64,000 bases of DNA, taken from assembly GCA_024679065.1 (NCBI GenBank), contig JAGIQG010000008.1, positions 82,894,001 through 82,958,000 of the forward strand, read 5' to 3'. This document shows positions 24,451 to 36,775 of this stretch, piece after piece. The translations under genes and the position numbers were made by a program. Below the pieces are notes generated by a model. That model saw only the letters and a program-made list of their open reading frames with translations. It did no database searches and was not told where the DNA came from. Origin of the DNA: Sphyrna mokarran. Its lineage: Eukaryota. The stretch's first letter is position 1, and the number at the start of each line of letters is the position of its first letter.

Positions 24451-25999
24451 GATGAGGCTGGATTGACTGCACTAAAATGGATAGGACATTTCAGTTCTTA
24501 AGTAACAATGGAGGAATTGTCCTGCAAAGGAGAATTTATTACAGAAATCGATTTCTTAAACATGTCATAGAGCATCAACTATTTACACACAGTTCAATCT
24601 GAAATAGCTTGATTAAAGCTGAGTGGTCTATTCAAAGACCACAAACAAAGAAGAGCCTTGACTTGATTGACAGGTAAAGAGTTTGTATTGTCATTCTCCT
24701 GCAAAGGCATTATATTTACATTCAGGCATTGGAAGGAAGAGGAGGAAACGAAGTTGGACCCAATATTGATATTGTTTCATTAGTGGCCCATAGGAATTGT
24801 TCTAATTAACTAAATAAGCATATTGTAATTCTTTGCCATTTCCCTGTTGCATGATGGAACACTTACTCCAACTGAGAATCTAAGTTGTTTCTCCCAGCTG
24901 GAAGATTAATGTATCTGCATGTTCACATTAAATTCCAAACTCATTCTTTAACCAATAGGCTATTATCAGTAACTGGCCTGTCTCATGTGAAACAAATTGC
25001 AGTAGAAGTGACTAATATAAATATTCCCTGGTTCTGCCTCATCTGCTCTTCAATCTGGAGTCCTATTTTGCACTGCACATAGATTTTCTATTTCAGCATG
25101 TCCTAGTGGAAATACCGTATTGAATGGTGTTAAAAAAAATCGAGATGTTGACAAATGGAAGGAAAAAAAGTAGTAAAACTCAAAAATGATTGGTGCTGTT
25201 CTGCACTGGAATTCCAATTCAAAGTACACAAGGCCAGTTCAGACCAGTCATTTACCAATATTTTTTGGAAAAAAGTAAGCTATGTATTTTTATCATCATT
25301 AGATGATCAGGATTATTTTTTGAGCATGTGATTGCATTTTTAAAAAATGTTTTCTCCTCTTTTAAAACTGGCAGCCCAGTCTCGGAACCGCAGATCTGGC
25401 TGACAGCTTGTCCACTATAGAATAAATTAGTGCCTGTCAGGTGGGAGAATCCGGTGAACACTTAATCCCAATTTGAGAGCATCATGGCCAACATTTCCTT
25501 CATTTCTTCCAAACCTCTGCTTCATCGCATTTCAGCGACGGTGAGCAACAAATGTAAGTTCACAAATGTAATGTAACACTTCTCAAGATTCTCCACAATA
25601 AACAATGTGTAAAGTGAAAATACCTAACAAAAATGCACTCTTCTCCCAACCTCTTCAATGTGCATTCCAAGATGATAATGAAGCTTTAAAATGAACAAGT
25701 TGCAATATTTGTATGTCATTATATTAATAGCTATAGAGAATACGGGATTAAAGAACTGTAGCACAGTCTGATACTGTAAGCAGCTGTTATGGTCACAGAG
25801 TAAAAACACAAGTAATTATATTTAGCAAGAATTAACAGGACTGGGCATGAAAAGAGAGGTTTGGCAATTAGATATGACTGTTCTGCTATTTAGAACCTTG
25901 GATTACAGCTTAACTAATATACAGATAAGTAGACCTACTTCACCAAGAAAACCAACTAAAATGCTGAATAAGATGCAGCAGGATACAATAGCTTACACT

Positions 26000-26460
26000 A
26001 TATAGCATCTAATGTAGTGAAATACCCCAAGGAAATTCACAAAACAAGTGGATTGGCACCAAGGAGACAACTAGGAGAAGTGTATGATAGAAAGTTTTGA
26101 GGAGGCTCTATAATGTGGAAAGGAGTAGATACATTTAGAAATGAGTGTTAATAGTATGTCAGATGTGTTTAATGTGTAGATGGTGGACAGTAACTGGGAT
26201 CTCACTTCTGTCCTGAAATGAATTTGTCAGGGACCATTGAGCAATCAGTGAGCAACCAGCAGGACTTAGGGCGAGCGAACATGTAAGTTGTGCAATTCTA
26301 TGTAAGGCTTGAATTTTGATCTGATGGATTTCAGAAGGCTGGCTTGGGGAAATTGAAGTTGTTCCTAGAAGTACAAAGACAGGATTACTTGCAATAGCAG
26401 TGAGAGAGGGAACGAGGTAGTGACGGAGGCAGATGTGACAGAACTGAATAGGTATTCAGA
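26000..26460 (-). mobile_element. Ancient L2-type LINE 3' remnant
   Basis: Purine-rich plus strand with the layout of an L2 3' end (aaataccccaagg...gaggaggctctataatgtggaaagga); highly decayed. Confidence 0.4.
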
Positions 26461-26814
26461 AAAATAAATAAGAACAGAGAACATGGAAAACACTCAGCAG
26501 TCAAGATGATATCTGTACAGAGTTAACATATCAGGTCATTGACATTTCATAAAAAACTGGAAGGTGTTAAGTGCTGAACAGCTTTAAAACAATTTCAGAT
26601 CCAGAAAAAAAGATCAGGAACAGAACAAACTGCTGTGATATGTAAAAAGGTGAAGGACAGGAGTCATTAAATGACAAAATAATGATAGTTCAAGGCAAAT
26701 GGGTCAAGAGGAGGTATATCATAGCATCCTTTCAGTGCAGAAGGAAACCTTTTGGCCTATTGAGCCTGCACTCTCACAACAATCTCACACAGGCTCCAAA
26801 AAAAAAAAATGAAA

Positions 26815-27885
26815 ATTAGAGCATAGGAACAGATCTTTCGGCCCTACAAGCCTGCACCAACCATGCTGTCCATCTTAACTAAAAGCCCCTACCCTTCCAG
26901 GGACCATATCTCTCCATTCCCATCCTATTCATGTATTTGTCAAGATGCACCTCAAAAGTCACTACCATATCCACTTCCACTACCTCCCCCGGCAACGAGT
27001 TTTAGGCACCCACTACTCTCTGTAAAAAAACTGCTCGTACATCTCCTTTAAAGCTTGCCCCTTACACCTTAAATCTGTGCCCCCTAGTAACTGACTCTTC
27101 CACCCCAGGAAAAAGCTTCTGACTATCCACTCTATCCATTCTATCAGGTTGCTCCTCAATCTCGGTCGTTCCAGTGAGAACAAATCAAGTTTCACCAACT
27201 TCTCCTCATAGCTATTGCCCTCCATACCAGGCAACATCTTGGTAAAGCTTTTCTGTATCCTCTCCAAAGCCTCCACATCCTTCTGGTAGTGTGGCAACTA
27301 GAATTGAACACAATATTCTAAGCACGGTCTAAAGCTGCAACATGGTTTGCCAATTTTTAAATGCAATGCCCCAGCTGACGAAGGCAAGCTTGCTGTACGC
27401 CATCTCGACTACCTTCTCCAACTGCATTGCTGCGTTCAGTGACCTGTGTAACTGTATATCAGATCCCTTTGCCTATCAATTCTCATAAGGGTTCTGCCAT
27501 TTACTGTATATTTCCTATCTGTATTAGACCTCCCAAAATACATTACTTCACATTTGTCCAGATTAAACTCTGCCATCTCTCCACACAAGCCTCCAAATGA
27601 TCTATATCTTGCTGTATTCTCTGATGGTCCTCATCGCTATCCGCAAATTCATCAAACTTTGTATTGTCTGCAAACTTACTCATCAAACCAGTTACATTTT
27701 CCTCCAAATCATTTATATATTGTTACAAACAGGAAACATCCCAACAATGATCCCTGAGGAATATCACTTGTTACAGTCCTCCATTCAGAAACAGACCCGT
27801 CCACTGCTGCTCTCTGTCTTCTTTGACCGAGCCAATTTTGTATCCACCTTGCCAGCTCATCTTTGATCCCATGAGACTTCACTTT
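26815..27885 (-). mobile_element. CR1 LINE 3' ~1.1 kb inserted into a SINE
   Basis: ORF 27013-27297 PHYQKDVEALERIQKSFTKMLPGMEGNSYEEKLVKLDLFSLERPRLR. The SINE tail lies at 26718-26797 and its head at 27890-28112. Confidence 0.88.
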
Positions 27886-27889
27886 CTAA

Positions 27890-28112
27890 CCTCATATATT
27901 TACCTTGCTGATCCCTCAACACTAAAAGGGGCAACTTTGCATGGCCAATCAACCTAACCTGCACATGTTTGGACTGTGGAAGTAAATCGGAGCACTCCCA
28001 TGAAACTCATGCAGACATAAGGAGAATATACCAATTCCACACACACAGTAACCTGGGCCCCCAGGACGCTGACGTTGGGAGACAGCAGTGCTAACCACTG
28101 TGCCACCATACC
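27890..28112 (-). mobile_element. HE1-like SINE 5' part (3' part at 26718-26797)
   Basis: gcatggccaatcaacctaacctgcacatgtttggactgtgg...cagcagtgctaaccactgtgccaccataccg. Confidence 0.8.
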
Positions 28113-28669
28113 GTGGTTATAGAAGAATTGCAGAAAGCAGCAATGAAAGATATGTTTCTGGGCTGCAGAAAACCTGAGGGAAGGAAGGCACATGGACCCC
28201 ATGAACAATGGAATTGTCTCTGGTTGCAACCTGTCTCTTTGGTCCTCTAATCCATGGAGATCCCCTATTGTCCAAGATAATAAGCTGTATATGGTATTTA
28301 AAACTAGCAGAAATCAGTGAATGGCTGCTAAAAGGTTAGACTCTGAATAAAGTACTGAGTTTCTGATAAGAACCAATTGCAATGACACTTGCTAATTTTT
28401 AAACGATGCAAGTTCTATCTCCCCCATGTTTGATGATGACAGGCAACTCAATAACAGGCAACTCAGTAACAATAATTGATCTAAGGATGACTGAGATCTA
28501 AAAACGATAGACTGAGAGCTTACGTTTCTGAAAAATCCTATTCTTTTCAATTGTAGATCAGCAAATTTCTGACCCCATGAGAAAACGATCGGATCCTGGG
28601 AACAAGGCAGGTCAAATTGATGAAATGTCAGCAGAGGAATGTGGACGGAACAATACAATTTAAATTGTT

Positions 28670-30732
28670 GATGGAAAAAGTTAAGCAGTAATCTGGAGTG
28701 AAAATATTTAATTGGAGGAAAGCCAATTTAGTGGGTTAAGAACGGACTTGTCTCAGGTAAAAGGGAATCAAAAACTGGGACTGAAAAATTAATGGCCTTC
28801 ATTGAAGAGATTAGGTACATTTAACAGGAGGAAAAGTAGAACAATTAAAGCCAGTGCTCTCTGGATGGTGCAAGAGAAAGATGAAGCAGACAAAAAAAGC
28901 TATATGACAAATGTCAGATTGTAAATGCATGCGAGACCAGTTTGACTACAGGAAGATCAGAGTGAACAGAAAATAAAAACAATAAAGAGGCCAAAATTTA
29001 CAGGTGTGCCTGCCCCAATTCTCGGGGTGGGCGAGGCTTGGAGAACAACATTCTCCATTGGCCTCAAGCAAGATCATACTAATTTCAAGCGAAGTGCCGA
29101 TTCTGCCCACAGAGTATGAGAAGACACAGCAAGTTAATGTAAAAAAGGATATCCAAAGTATTCCATAGACTAATAGTCAGTGCTGTGACAGGATGGCTAA
29201 GGGCTGAGATCTATGCATGGAAGCAGAGAGCATGGCTGAAGACAAACTGACTAGGTATTTGGTACCTGATTTTAGCAAGAAAGATGATGTTTCATAATCA
29301 GTCAAGAAATAGGTAACTGAGATATTAGATAGGCTACAATTTGATAAAAAAATGTCAAAAAGGCTGGTTGTACTTAACAATGTTCATTGTCAGCAGGACT
29401 GGGCTAGACATATTAAAAAGTTTTGAGAGAAGTGAGAATGGGAATTGTGGAGGTACTGGTCAAAATCTTCCAATCTTCTTTAGTTAAGGGAATGATGCCA
29501 GTGGATTGCAGAATTGCAAATGTTACTTCCTTGTTTAAAGGGTGACCCCAGCAATTATAAGCTAGTTCATTTAACCTCGGTGGTGGGCAAGCTTTTGGAA
29601 ATGATAATCTAGGAAAAGACTAACAGCCAATTGTTAGTTGTTTTGGAAAAGGCTGGATTAATTAAGAAAAGCCGGCACAAATGTGTTCAAGGCAAACTAT
29701 GTTTTACCAATTTAATTGAGTTTTTTGATGAGGGAACAGAAAGGATTGATACGAGTAATACAGTTGATGTGGTGTACCTAAACTTCCAAAAGGCATTTGA
29801 TAAAGTACTACATAATAGACTTTCAGCAATTGAAGCCCATAGAATAAAAGGGACAATGGCAACATGGATGAGCTGGCTGAATGACAAAACATAGCAGTGA
29901 ACAGTTATTGATCAGATGAAGATGTAAAATTGGGCTCACCATAGTTCAATACTAAGACTGCTGCTTTTTAAAATATATATCAATGAGCTAGACTTGGTGT
30001 ACAGAACACAATTTCAAAATTTGCAGATGACACAAACTTGGAAGTATTGTGCTCTGCAATGATAACGATAGCCTTCACAAAGAAATAAATGGATTCACAG
30101 AATCAATGAACACATAACAGATGCATATTAATAAAAAAAACTGAAGTGTTACGTTTTAATTGAAGGAACAAAGAGAGAAAATATAAACTAAAGAGTACAA
30201 CTGTAAAGGGAGTGCAGTAATAGAGCTACCTCAGGCATATATGCATATGTCTTTAAAGGTCACAGCAGAAAGCCTGGTTGGTGCAGTTGATAATTCTCCT
30301 GCCTGCTGGGCAGAAAATCCTGAATCTAAGGTTTTGAATGTAACTCAGGAATGTGTTGGCCATAGAAGAACCCAATCACTGTTTCAAGTGCGCTTGCATG
30401 TCCCTGTGCCAGTCCCCAGCCTGAATAAAGGGTTTGAAAGGCATGTGGCTGTAAAATCACCCATAAAATACAAAAAAAACTATGGCTAATAATGAACGGT
30501 GATCAATCAGCATTGTGGCAACATTATATAACATGGGAAAAGGTGGAACAAACAAGTAAGTTGAAAGGCAGGATGTAAAAGGGTTGTAGAAAGCCTCACA
30601 GATGCCTAGATTTTATGCATAAAGTGCAAAAGCAAAGAAATTGTGATGAATCTTTATAAAACATCAGTTCAATCTCAACTGCAGTATTATGGCCAAATCT
30701 GGGCACTGCAATTTCGGAAGGATATGAAAGCT
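28670..30732 (+). mobile_element. Old CR1 LINE ORF2 remnant (~2 kb)
   Basis: ORF 29631-29894 GKLCFTNLIEFFDE...VDVVYLNFQKAFDKVLHNRL; tcaaaatttgcagatgacaca (SKFADDT) at ~30015; aattataagctagttcatttaacctcggtggtgggcaag (NY.LV.LTSVVGK). Confidence 0.85.
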
Positions 30733-30734
30733 AC

Positions 30735-30970
30735 TTTTTTGAAAAGACAGTTCATCCTGACTCCCAATGTTCATGATCCTTGAAAACATTTCAGGTGCTG
30801 GATCTGCATCCTACTAAAAACTAAGCAGTTCTTCCTTGCGCTGTACCCTGTCTTTGTACCAAGTTTCACTGAAATCTATCCATTAGTTTTTGAGATGTAC
30901 TGTTTACAGATATTCTCATGAATGGGGGAGAAAACATTACCATCACCCACTTTAAGTGTCACATTATAAA
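30735..30970. repeat. Left copy of a ~235 bp inverted repeat (non-autonomous DNA-element-like, possibly Helentron/HINE-type)
   Basis: Reverse-complement match to 32230-32472; contains gtaccaagtttcactgaaatctatccattagtttttgagat. Confidence 0.75.
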
Positions 30971-31059
30971 AGCCTCTACAGAGGCAGGATAAATTACAAT
31001 GGATTTAAGGAAATGACAGAAACATTAAATACATTTTTTTAAAATCTATATTCACAGCA

Positions 31060-31515
31060 GAAGATACAAAGGACATACCAGAAATTGTAGGAAACCAAGA
31101 GTCTTTTGAAATTGAGCAACTTAAGAGTAATTAATACTGGGAAATAAATTATTGGGATTAAAACCCAACAAGTCTCCTGGATTTCATAACCTTCATTTTT
31201 AGGTCTTAAGAGAGGAAGCTCCAGATAAAGTGGATGCATTGCTTTTGAACATGCAGAATTCTTTACATTTTGGAACAGTCTTTGTGACTTGGATGGAGGC
31301 AAATGTTAATACCACCGTTGAAGAAAAGAGGGCATGTAAAAATGGGGAACAATTGATTAGTTAGCCTGACGCCGGTAGCAGAAAAGAAGCTAGAACCAAT
31401 TATTAGGAATGTGGTAACGGGGCACCTTTCACCAATCAAATTATGATTTCCTGAGTTCACGTAGTTTTATGAAAGGGAAATAGTGTTTTATAGAATTATT
31501 AGAGTATTTAAGGGT
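31060..31515 (+). mobile_element. Decayed CR1 RT fragment
   Basis: aacaagtctcctgga (KSPG), ggcaaatgttaatacc..ttgaagaaaagagg, ttagttagcctgacgccggtagcagaaaag. Confidence 0.6.
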
Positions 31516-31589
31516 GATGCCACACTTCGAGAATTTAAAATAAGAAAAATTAAGCAAGATGTTCTCAAGTTCTGCCTCTTTTTGGCCCA

Positions 31590-31905
31590 GATAGAGTTGC
31601 TATATTTATAACGAGGTACTTGAGAAAGGCTTTCTCTGCCTGTTCAAATGGATATAAAAGATTCATAGCATTCCTAAAAAGAAGAGTATTTTGGTCAAAA
31701 TTTCTTCCTCAACTATTACTATCAAACATTAATTAACTGTGCATCCATCTTATTTGCTGTTTGTGGCACATTTTTGTGCTCACACTGGCTACTAGACTCA
31801 CCAGCAACGGTAAGATTTTAAAAACCACTTAATTGATCATTTATTGGCCTTGGGGTGCCCTGATTTACAGAAGACATCAAGAAAATCATTACAAATAAAT
31901 TTTCT
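31590..31905 (+). mobile_element. Deu-domain SINE (decayed)
   Basis: tctgcctgttcaaatggatataaaagattc...gaagag...tttcttcctcaac...ttgctgtttgtggcac. Confidence 0.6.
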
Positions 31906-32229
31906 CAGGGGTCATCATGTTTGAAGTTATATCGACACATGCAAAATATTGCATCTTATCATGTGCTATTGCTGCTGCTCCTCTGATATTTGATTGAAAT
32001 GCCTTGTCACCCAATCATATTTTTCTTGGTTGGGGATATTTTCCATTTTCCAGCATGATTGTCTTGTTCTCTGTCCTTGCTCCCTCTGGCTAAAATGTCA
32101 CCTAGAACTGAGTTTTTTTCTTTAATTTGAACATCATGGTTCTTTCTCTCTCTCTCTATGAATATAGATAAAATAAATTTATTTAATGTTTGTCATTTCC
32201 TTAAATGCCATTATAATTTATCTTGCCTC

Positions 32230-32472
32230 TTACAATGTGCCACTTAAAGTGGCTGATGGTAATGTTTTCTCCCTTGTTCATTAGTTTTTGAGATGTATTG
32301 TTTATATGCTAACAGACTAATGAATGTATTTCAGTGAAATGTGGTTCAAAGTCAGGGCACAGCCCAAGGAAAAACTGCTTATTTTTGCCAGAGATGTAAA
32401 TCCAGATCCTGAAATGTTTTTCAAGGATCCATCAACATTGGGAGTCAGGATGAACTGCCTTTTTTTAAAAAA
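32230..32472. repeat. Right copy of the ~235 bp inverted repeat
   Basis: cattgggagtcaggatgaactg is the reverse complement of cagttcatcctgactcccaatg; terminal hairpin gccactt-a-aagtggc. Confidence 0.75.
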
Positions 32473-32669
32473 AAAGAATATTGTGGATTGTTTTATTTAA
32501 GATATTATTATTTGTTTTAGAATGTTGTTGATTGTGTCTGCTGCTGAGATGGAATTTGTTACAGTTGTTAAAACATGAGCAGAATTTTCAGAACAAGTTG
32601 TTGCATGTAGCTTAGTATGAAACTCTCTTAGTGAGATAGAAGCACTTAAAAAAATGTTTTTAGACTTGT

Positions 32670-32802
32670 ATGAGGTGGAGATGCCGGTGTTGTGCTGGGG
32701 TGGACATAGTAAGAAGTCTCACAGAACCAGATTAAAGTCCAACAGGTTTATCTGGAACCATGAGTTTTCAGACTGCTGCCCCTTCAGCAGGTCAGACTCA
32801 CC
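32670..32802. mobile_element. Half copy of the Penelope-derived palindromic element (family of 11306 and 36551)
   Basis: gtggagatgccggtgttg..ctggggtgga.a.agtaagaagtctcac.gaaccagattaaagtccaacaggtttat. Confidence 0.7.
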
Positions 32803-33109
32803 TCTATCAATTTGCTGTTGTCCATTGCTGATGTGTACACACATGGTAGCATGTGTGCAATCCTATCAGGCTGGCATCATTTCGTTTCTTCTTTTAGTTT
32901 AATTCCAGCCTTCATTTCTCTAGTTAGTCATGGTTGGACCATATTTTCTTGGAGAATTTAAAATTCCTAGAAGAAATGTATCTTCATTCAACAATATGAA
33001 TTATTTTGGGTGGAGTCTTCCCAGAAATTAGCAAAGTAGCATTCAGCCTACCAAAGACAATGAAGGCTTTTTCTGCCATATTGTGCAGCATTTATTTAAA
33101 GAATGCAGA

Positions 33110-36100
33110 GGTATGGATTTTCTTGCAGATCATTGGTGGAGTGACCTCTGATACACCCACCCTCTAATAACTTCATAGCTTCAATAATCTGGACACTATG
33201 CTTAAAGGCCACCTCTGCACAGAGTAACACTCCAAGGAATAGGAAGCTGCTGCGAACTGATAGCTGCCAAAGCCAAGGAACATGTTGCCCTCACATTTAG
33301 CAATGCCTCCCTTGTGCATCTATGAGAAGCAGTGTCCCAGAACCTTGCTCTGGACAAGACCAGCAAGCAACGTCACCAATCCAACATGGGAGGTATTGGT
33401 AGTGATGGTGGTCAGTGCAAACACCCTCCAACAGAGGACAGCCACGCAGTGCCAAAACAGGATGTATGACCTCCCCATTCCACAGTATAAGTCACTCTTC
33501 TCATAACTTTCAACTTACACAACCATCCTCAGGAATCTCATTCACTGACAGCTCACATTATCACTCACTCTCACATAAATACCACCATTTCCCTTGCAGG
33601 TAATTTCCTTATCCTTTCCATGGCTTCACTCACCACCCACATATGTCAACCATCCTTATCATCTGGCCTGGCAAGTGTTCTATCCATTTGTCTTCACGAA
33701 TGGACAACTAGCAGAAAACAAAAGGGAGAGGTCCCAGAGTGATAGAGACATGATGAAATACAAGGTCCTGACAATTCAGCTGGTCAGTGAGAATGTGCAC
33801 TGTTTCTATGCTAATGGTGAAGTCAGTGTGCTCAACAAAGTGAGGATCCTGCAATGTAACATTTGTCAGACAATCATACTGTGTGTGATCTCTCCTGTTT
33901 CACAGGCTCCTGTATCCCCTAATGATCTCTCCTTTCCTTCGCAAGGACAACTGGAAAACATCAAAGGGGTTTACGAACCAGATCCTGGACTCCAGCCTCA
34001 ACAATACCATAGGATTCAAAAGCATTGACATTGACATTGTTGACCTTCCATCAATGCAGCCACACACCTCATCGGAACCTATTTCTACAGTAGCCTCTAA
34101 GTCACAATCTGGTGAGCACATCACACTCTCTGACCCACAGTAGGTGGAAGCAGGGATTTAGAAACATAGAAAAACTACAGCACAACAGGCCCTTCGGCCC
34201 ACAAGTTGCACTGAACATGTCCCTACCTGCCAGGTTTACCTATAACCCCATATCTTACTAAATTCCATGTATTTATCCAAAAGTCTCTTAAAAGACCCAA
34301 TTGAATCTGCCTCCACCACCATCGCAGGCAGCAAATTCCACACACCCACCACCTTCTGAGTGAAAAACTTACCCCTGACATCTTCTCTGTACTTATTCCC
34401 CAGCACCCTAAACCTATGTTCTCTTGTGGCAACAGTTTCAGCCCTGGGAAAAAGCCTCTGAGAATCCACTCGATCAATACCTTCCAACATCTTATACACC
34501 TCTATCAGGTCATCTGTCCAAGGAGAAAAGACCAAATTCTCTCAACCTATCCTCAAAAGGCATGCCAACCTATCCTCAAAAGGCATGCCACCCAATCCAG
34601 GCAACATCCTTGTAAATCTCCTCTGCACCCTTTCTATGACTTCCAAATCCTTTCTGCAATGAAGCAACCAGAACTGAGAACAGTACTTCAAGTGGGCAAG
34701 CCAGTTCTGAATTGAGAAAGCAATGTTCCCTTGGATCCCATGCCCACTCACTTTCTCAATAAGCCTTGTATGGGGTACCTTATCAAATATCTTGCTGAAG
34801 TCCATATAAACTACATTTACTGCTCTTCCGTCGTCAACGTGTCTAGACATATTCTCAAAAAATTCAATCAGGCTTGTAAAGCACAATCTGCCTTTGACAA
34901 AGCCATGCTGACTATTCTTGAAATCACTATATCTCACATGTTCATAATTCCTGTCTCTCGGGATCTTCTCCATCAACTTACCAACCACTGAGGTTAGACT
35001 CACTGGTCTATAATTTCTTGGGTTATCTCTTCTCCCTTTCTTGAATAAACAAACCACATCCGCAATTCTCCAATTCCCTGGAACTTCTCCCATCTCCAAA
35101 AATCATCGCCAGAGGCTCAGCAATCTCTTCCCTCATCTCCCACAGTAACCTGGGGTACATCCCATTTGGTCCCAGCGACTTATCTAACTTGATGACCGCA
35201 GCCCAAGGTGTGGTCTCTCAGAGGGCAGCTGGGGGCCAAAGTCTGCCAAGTTGGATGATGAGAAGTTGGGACTTTAGCCATGTCTCAGTTGCTGGAGCTG
35301 CAAAGCCAAGCTTGGGAACATCAGGAAGAGATGTCTGTTGAACTTCTCAGGTTACATAGCATGATGGAGTCTGTCCACCTTCAGTCCATCTCATAGTGCT
35401 GATGTGCCAACACAGCAAGGTCAACACTGGTAGGATGGTGACCACTGTGGAAATCTTGGTCCAGGATATCAGTCCAGCACTGCCACAGGAATTACACTCA
35501 CTGCTGAGGTATTTACTGGCATCCATCAGTGTCAACTCAAGAGGGGGCAGGGAAACACAAATTCATTCAATGCCTTTGGCATCCATAGGGAGGAGGGTCA
35601 GCAGGTGTACACCCTGGGACCATTCACCCAAATGATTCCAGGATTGTCTGCACTATCCAAATCTTCTTTTCCTATGGGTCCATCAGCTCGAGCTCCACAA
35701 GCCAAAGAGGATAGCACTGCCACTCAGCAGAACTTAAAAGCAGGCTTGGGCCCTACAGATCTCAGCCTCAAAGGTCATCACAGATAACAGGGTGTAGCAG
35801 CCAGCATATTGCCTCCAGCTCCACTGTGGATGTTGAGGATGCACAAAGACATAGCGGCAGAAAGGTCAAGAAGGAGTAGTTGCACTGCATGGGCACAGAT
35901 GCTAATCAGCTTACATGTTGTGTAGACCATTGTAAATACACTCCCAAGAATGTCTCCTTGTATGGCTTCTTGTTATGATGAATTGTGTTCATGTCAGTCA
36001 GATGTGAAACCTTGGTTTCTGCTTAAGATGAAGGCAAGTTTCAAAGTCCAAGTTCTCTCCTCTGTGCAATGTGTTATGATGACGTGGAGATGCTTGCCTT

Positions 36101-36470
36101 GGATGGGGGTAAACACAGTAAGAAGTCTTGACCCCTTAGAATATGTAATGAGCATAATGATTGTTCTGCCTCAGTCACTCTCCAGATCAGTGATGTGTGC
36201 ACCTCGATGTGCCTTGTGTTTGCTGCAAGAATTTTGGACCCAAGTGTCACAGGGTTCCTTGATGTCCTATACCTGCTCACATAATAGCTATTTTAATATT
36301 GCCTCTGTTTTGAAAAGGATTTATTCACCCCCATCTCAGAACAGCATCCAACCCATGGTAAACGTTGTAACTTCTAAATCTCTACACCAGTCAGCCTATT
36401 GGCTTTGTTTGTGGAGTCAGCAATACTGCCCCAGTATTTGTTAAATTGTTTGGCAGTGTTTGTTTCTGTT
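33110..36470. mobile_element. PIF/Harbinger DNA transposon relic (Myb/SANT-like ORF on +, transposase traces on -), split by a CR1
   Basis: ORF 33282-33506 RPASNVTNPTWEVLVVMVVSANTLQQRTATQCQNRMYDL fits the Myb/SANT-like W..V...VSA.....RT..QC..R..DL pattern, followed after an intron-like gap by QLAENKRERSQ (~33700-33740). Minus-strand VTEAEQ...H near 36150-36180 is a weak transposase-like motif. Confidence 0.6.
34159..35194 (-). mobile_element. CR1 (HER1-like) LINE, 5'-truncated, with an internal deletion
   Basis: ORF 34542-35099 GEVPGNWRIADVV...NYRPVSLTSVVGKLME...YMDFSKIFDKVPH...IQNWLA jumps directly to CSQFW, losing the SGVPQG-FADD block. (tagaaaca)n-type tail at 34159. Confidence 0.92.
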
Positions 36471-36550
36471 TGCTATCCACATATGCCAAGAAGAAATCCG
36501 GTGAAGGCTCTCTCTAATTAAGAAGCTATTAGTCTGATTGGATTTAACTT

Positions 36551-36775
36551 CAGTAAGAAGTCTGACAACATCAGGTTTAAATCCAACCGATTTATTTGAT
36601 AGTAAACTCACAGGCTTTCGACCCTCTGACCTTCGTCAGGTGAATGAGGTGAATGAGGAAGGCCAGAGGATCGAAATCTTGTGAATTTACTATCAAATAA
36701 ATCAGTTGGATTTAAACCTGGTGCTGTCAGACTTCTTCCTGTGTTTACCCCAGTCCAACGCCATGGATTTCTCTA
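36551..36775. mobile_element. Penelope-derived long hairpin element (88-bp arms) with hammerhead-like cores on both strands
   Basis: 36551-36638 is the reverse complement of 36654-36741 (about 10 mismatches by my count). Flanked by tggatttaa(c/t)ttcag at 36539-36553 and 36792-36806. Confidence 0.8.

Noticed and set aside
34546-34590. 22-bp tandem duplication (cctatcctcaaaaggcatgcca x2); a similar 15-bp one at ~63817-63845
   Set aside because: Simple slippage duplications with two units and no spacers; not array-like or CRISPR-like.
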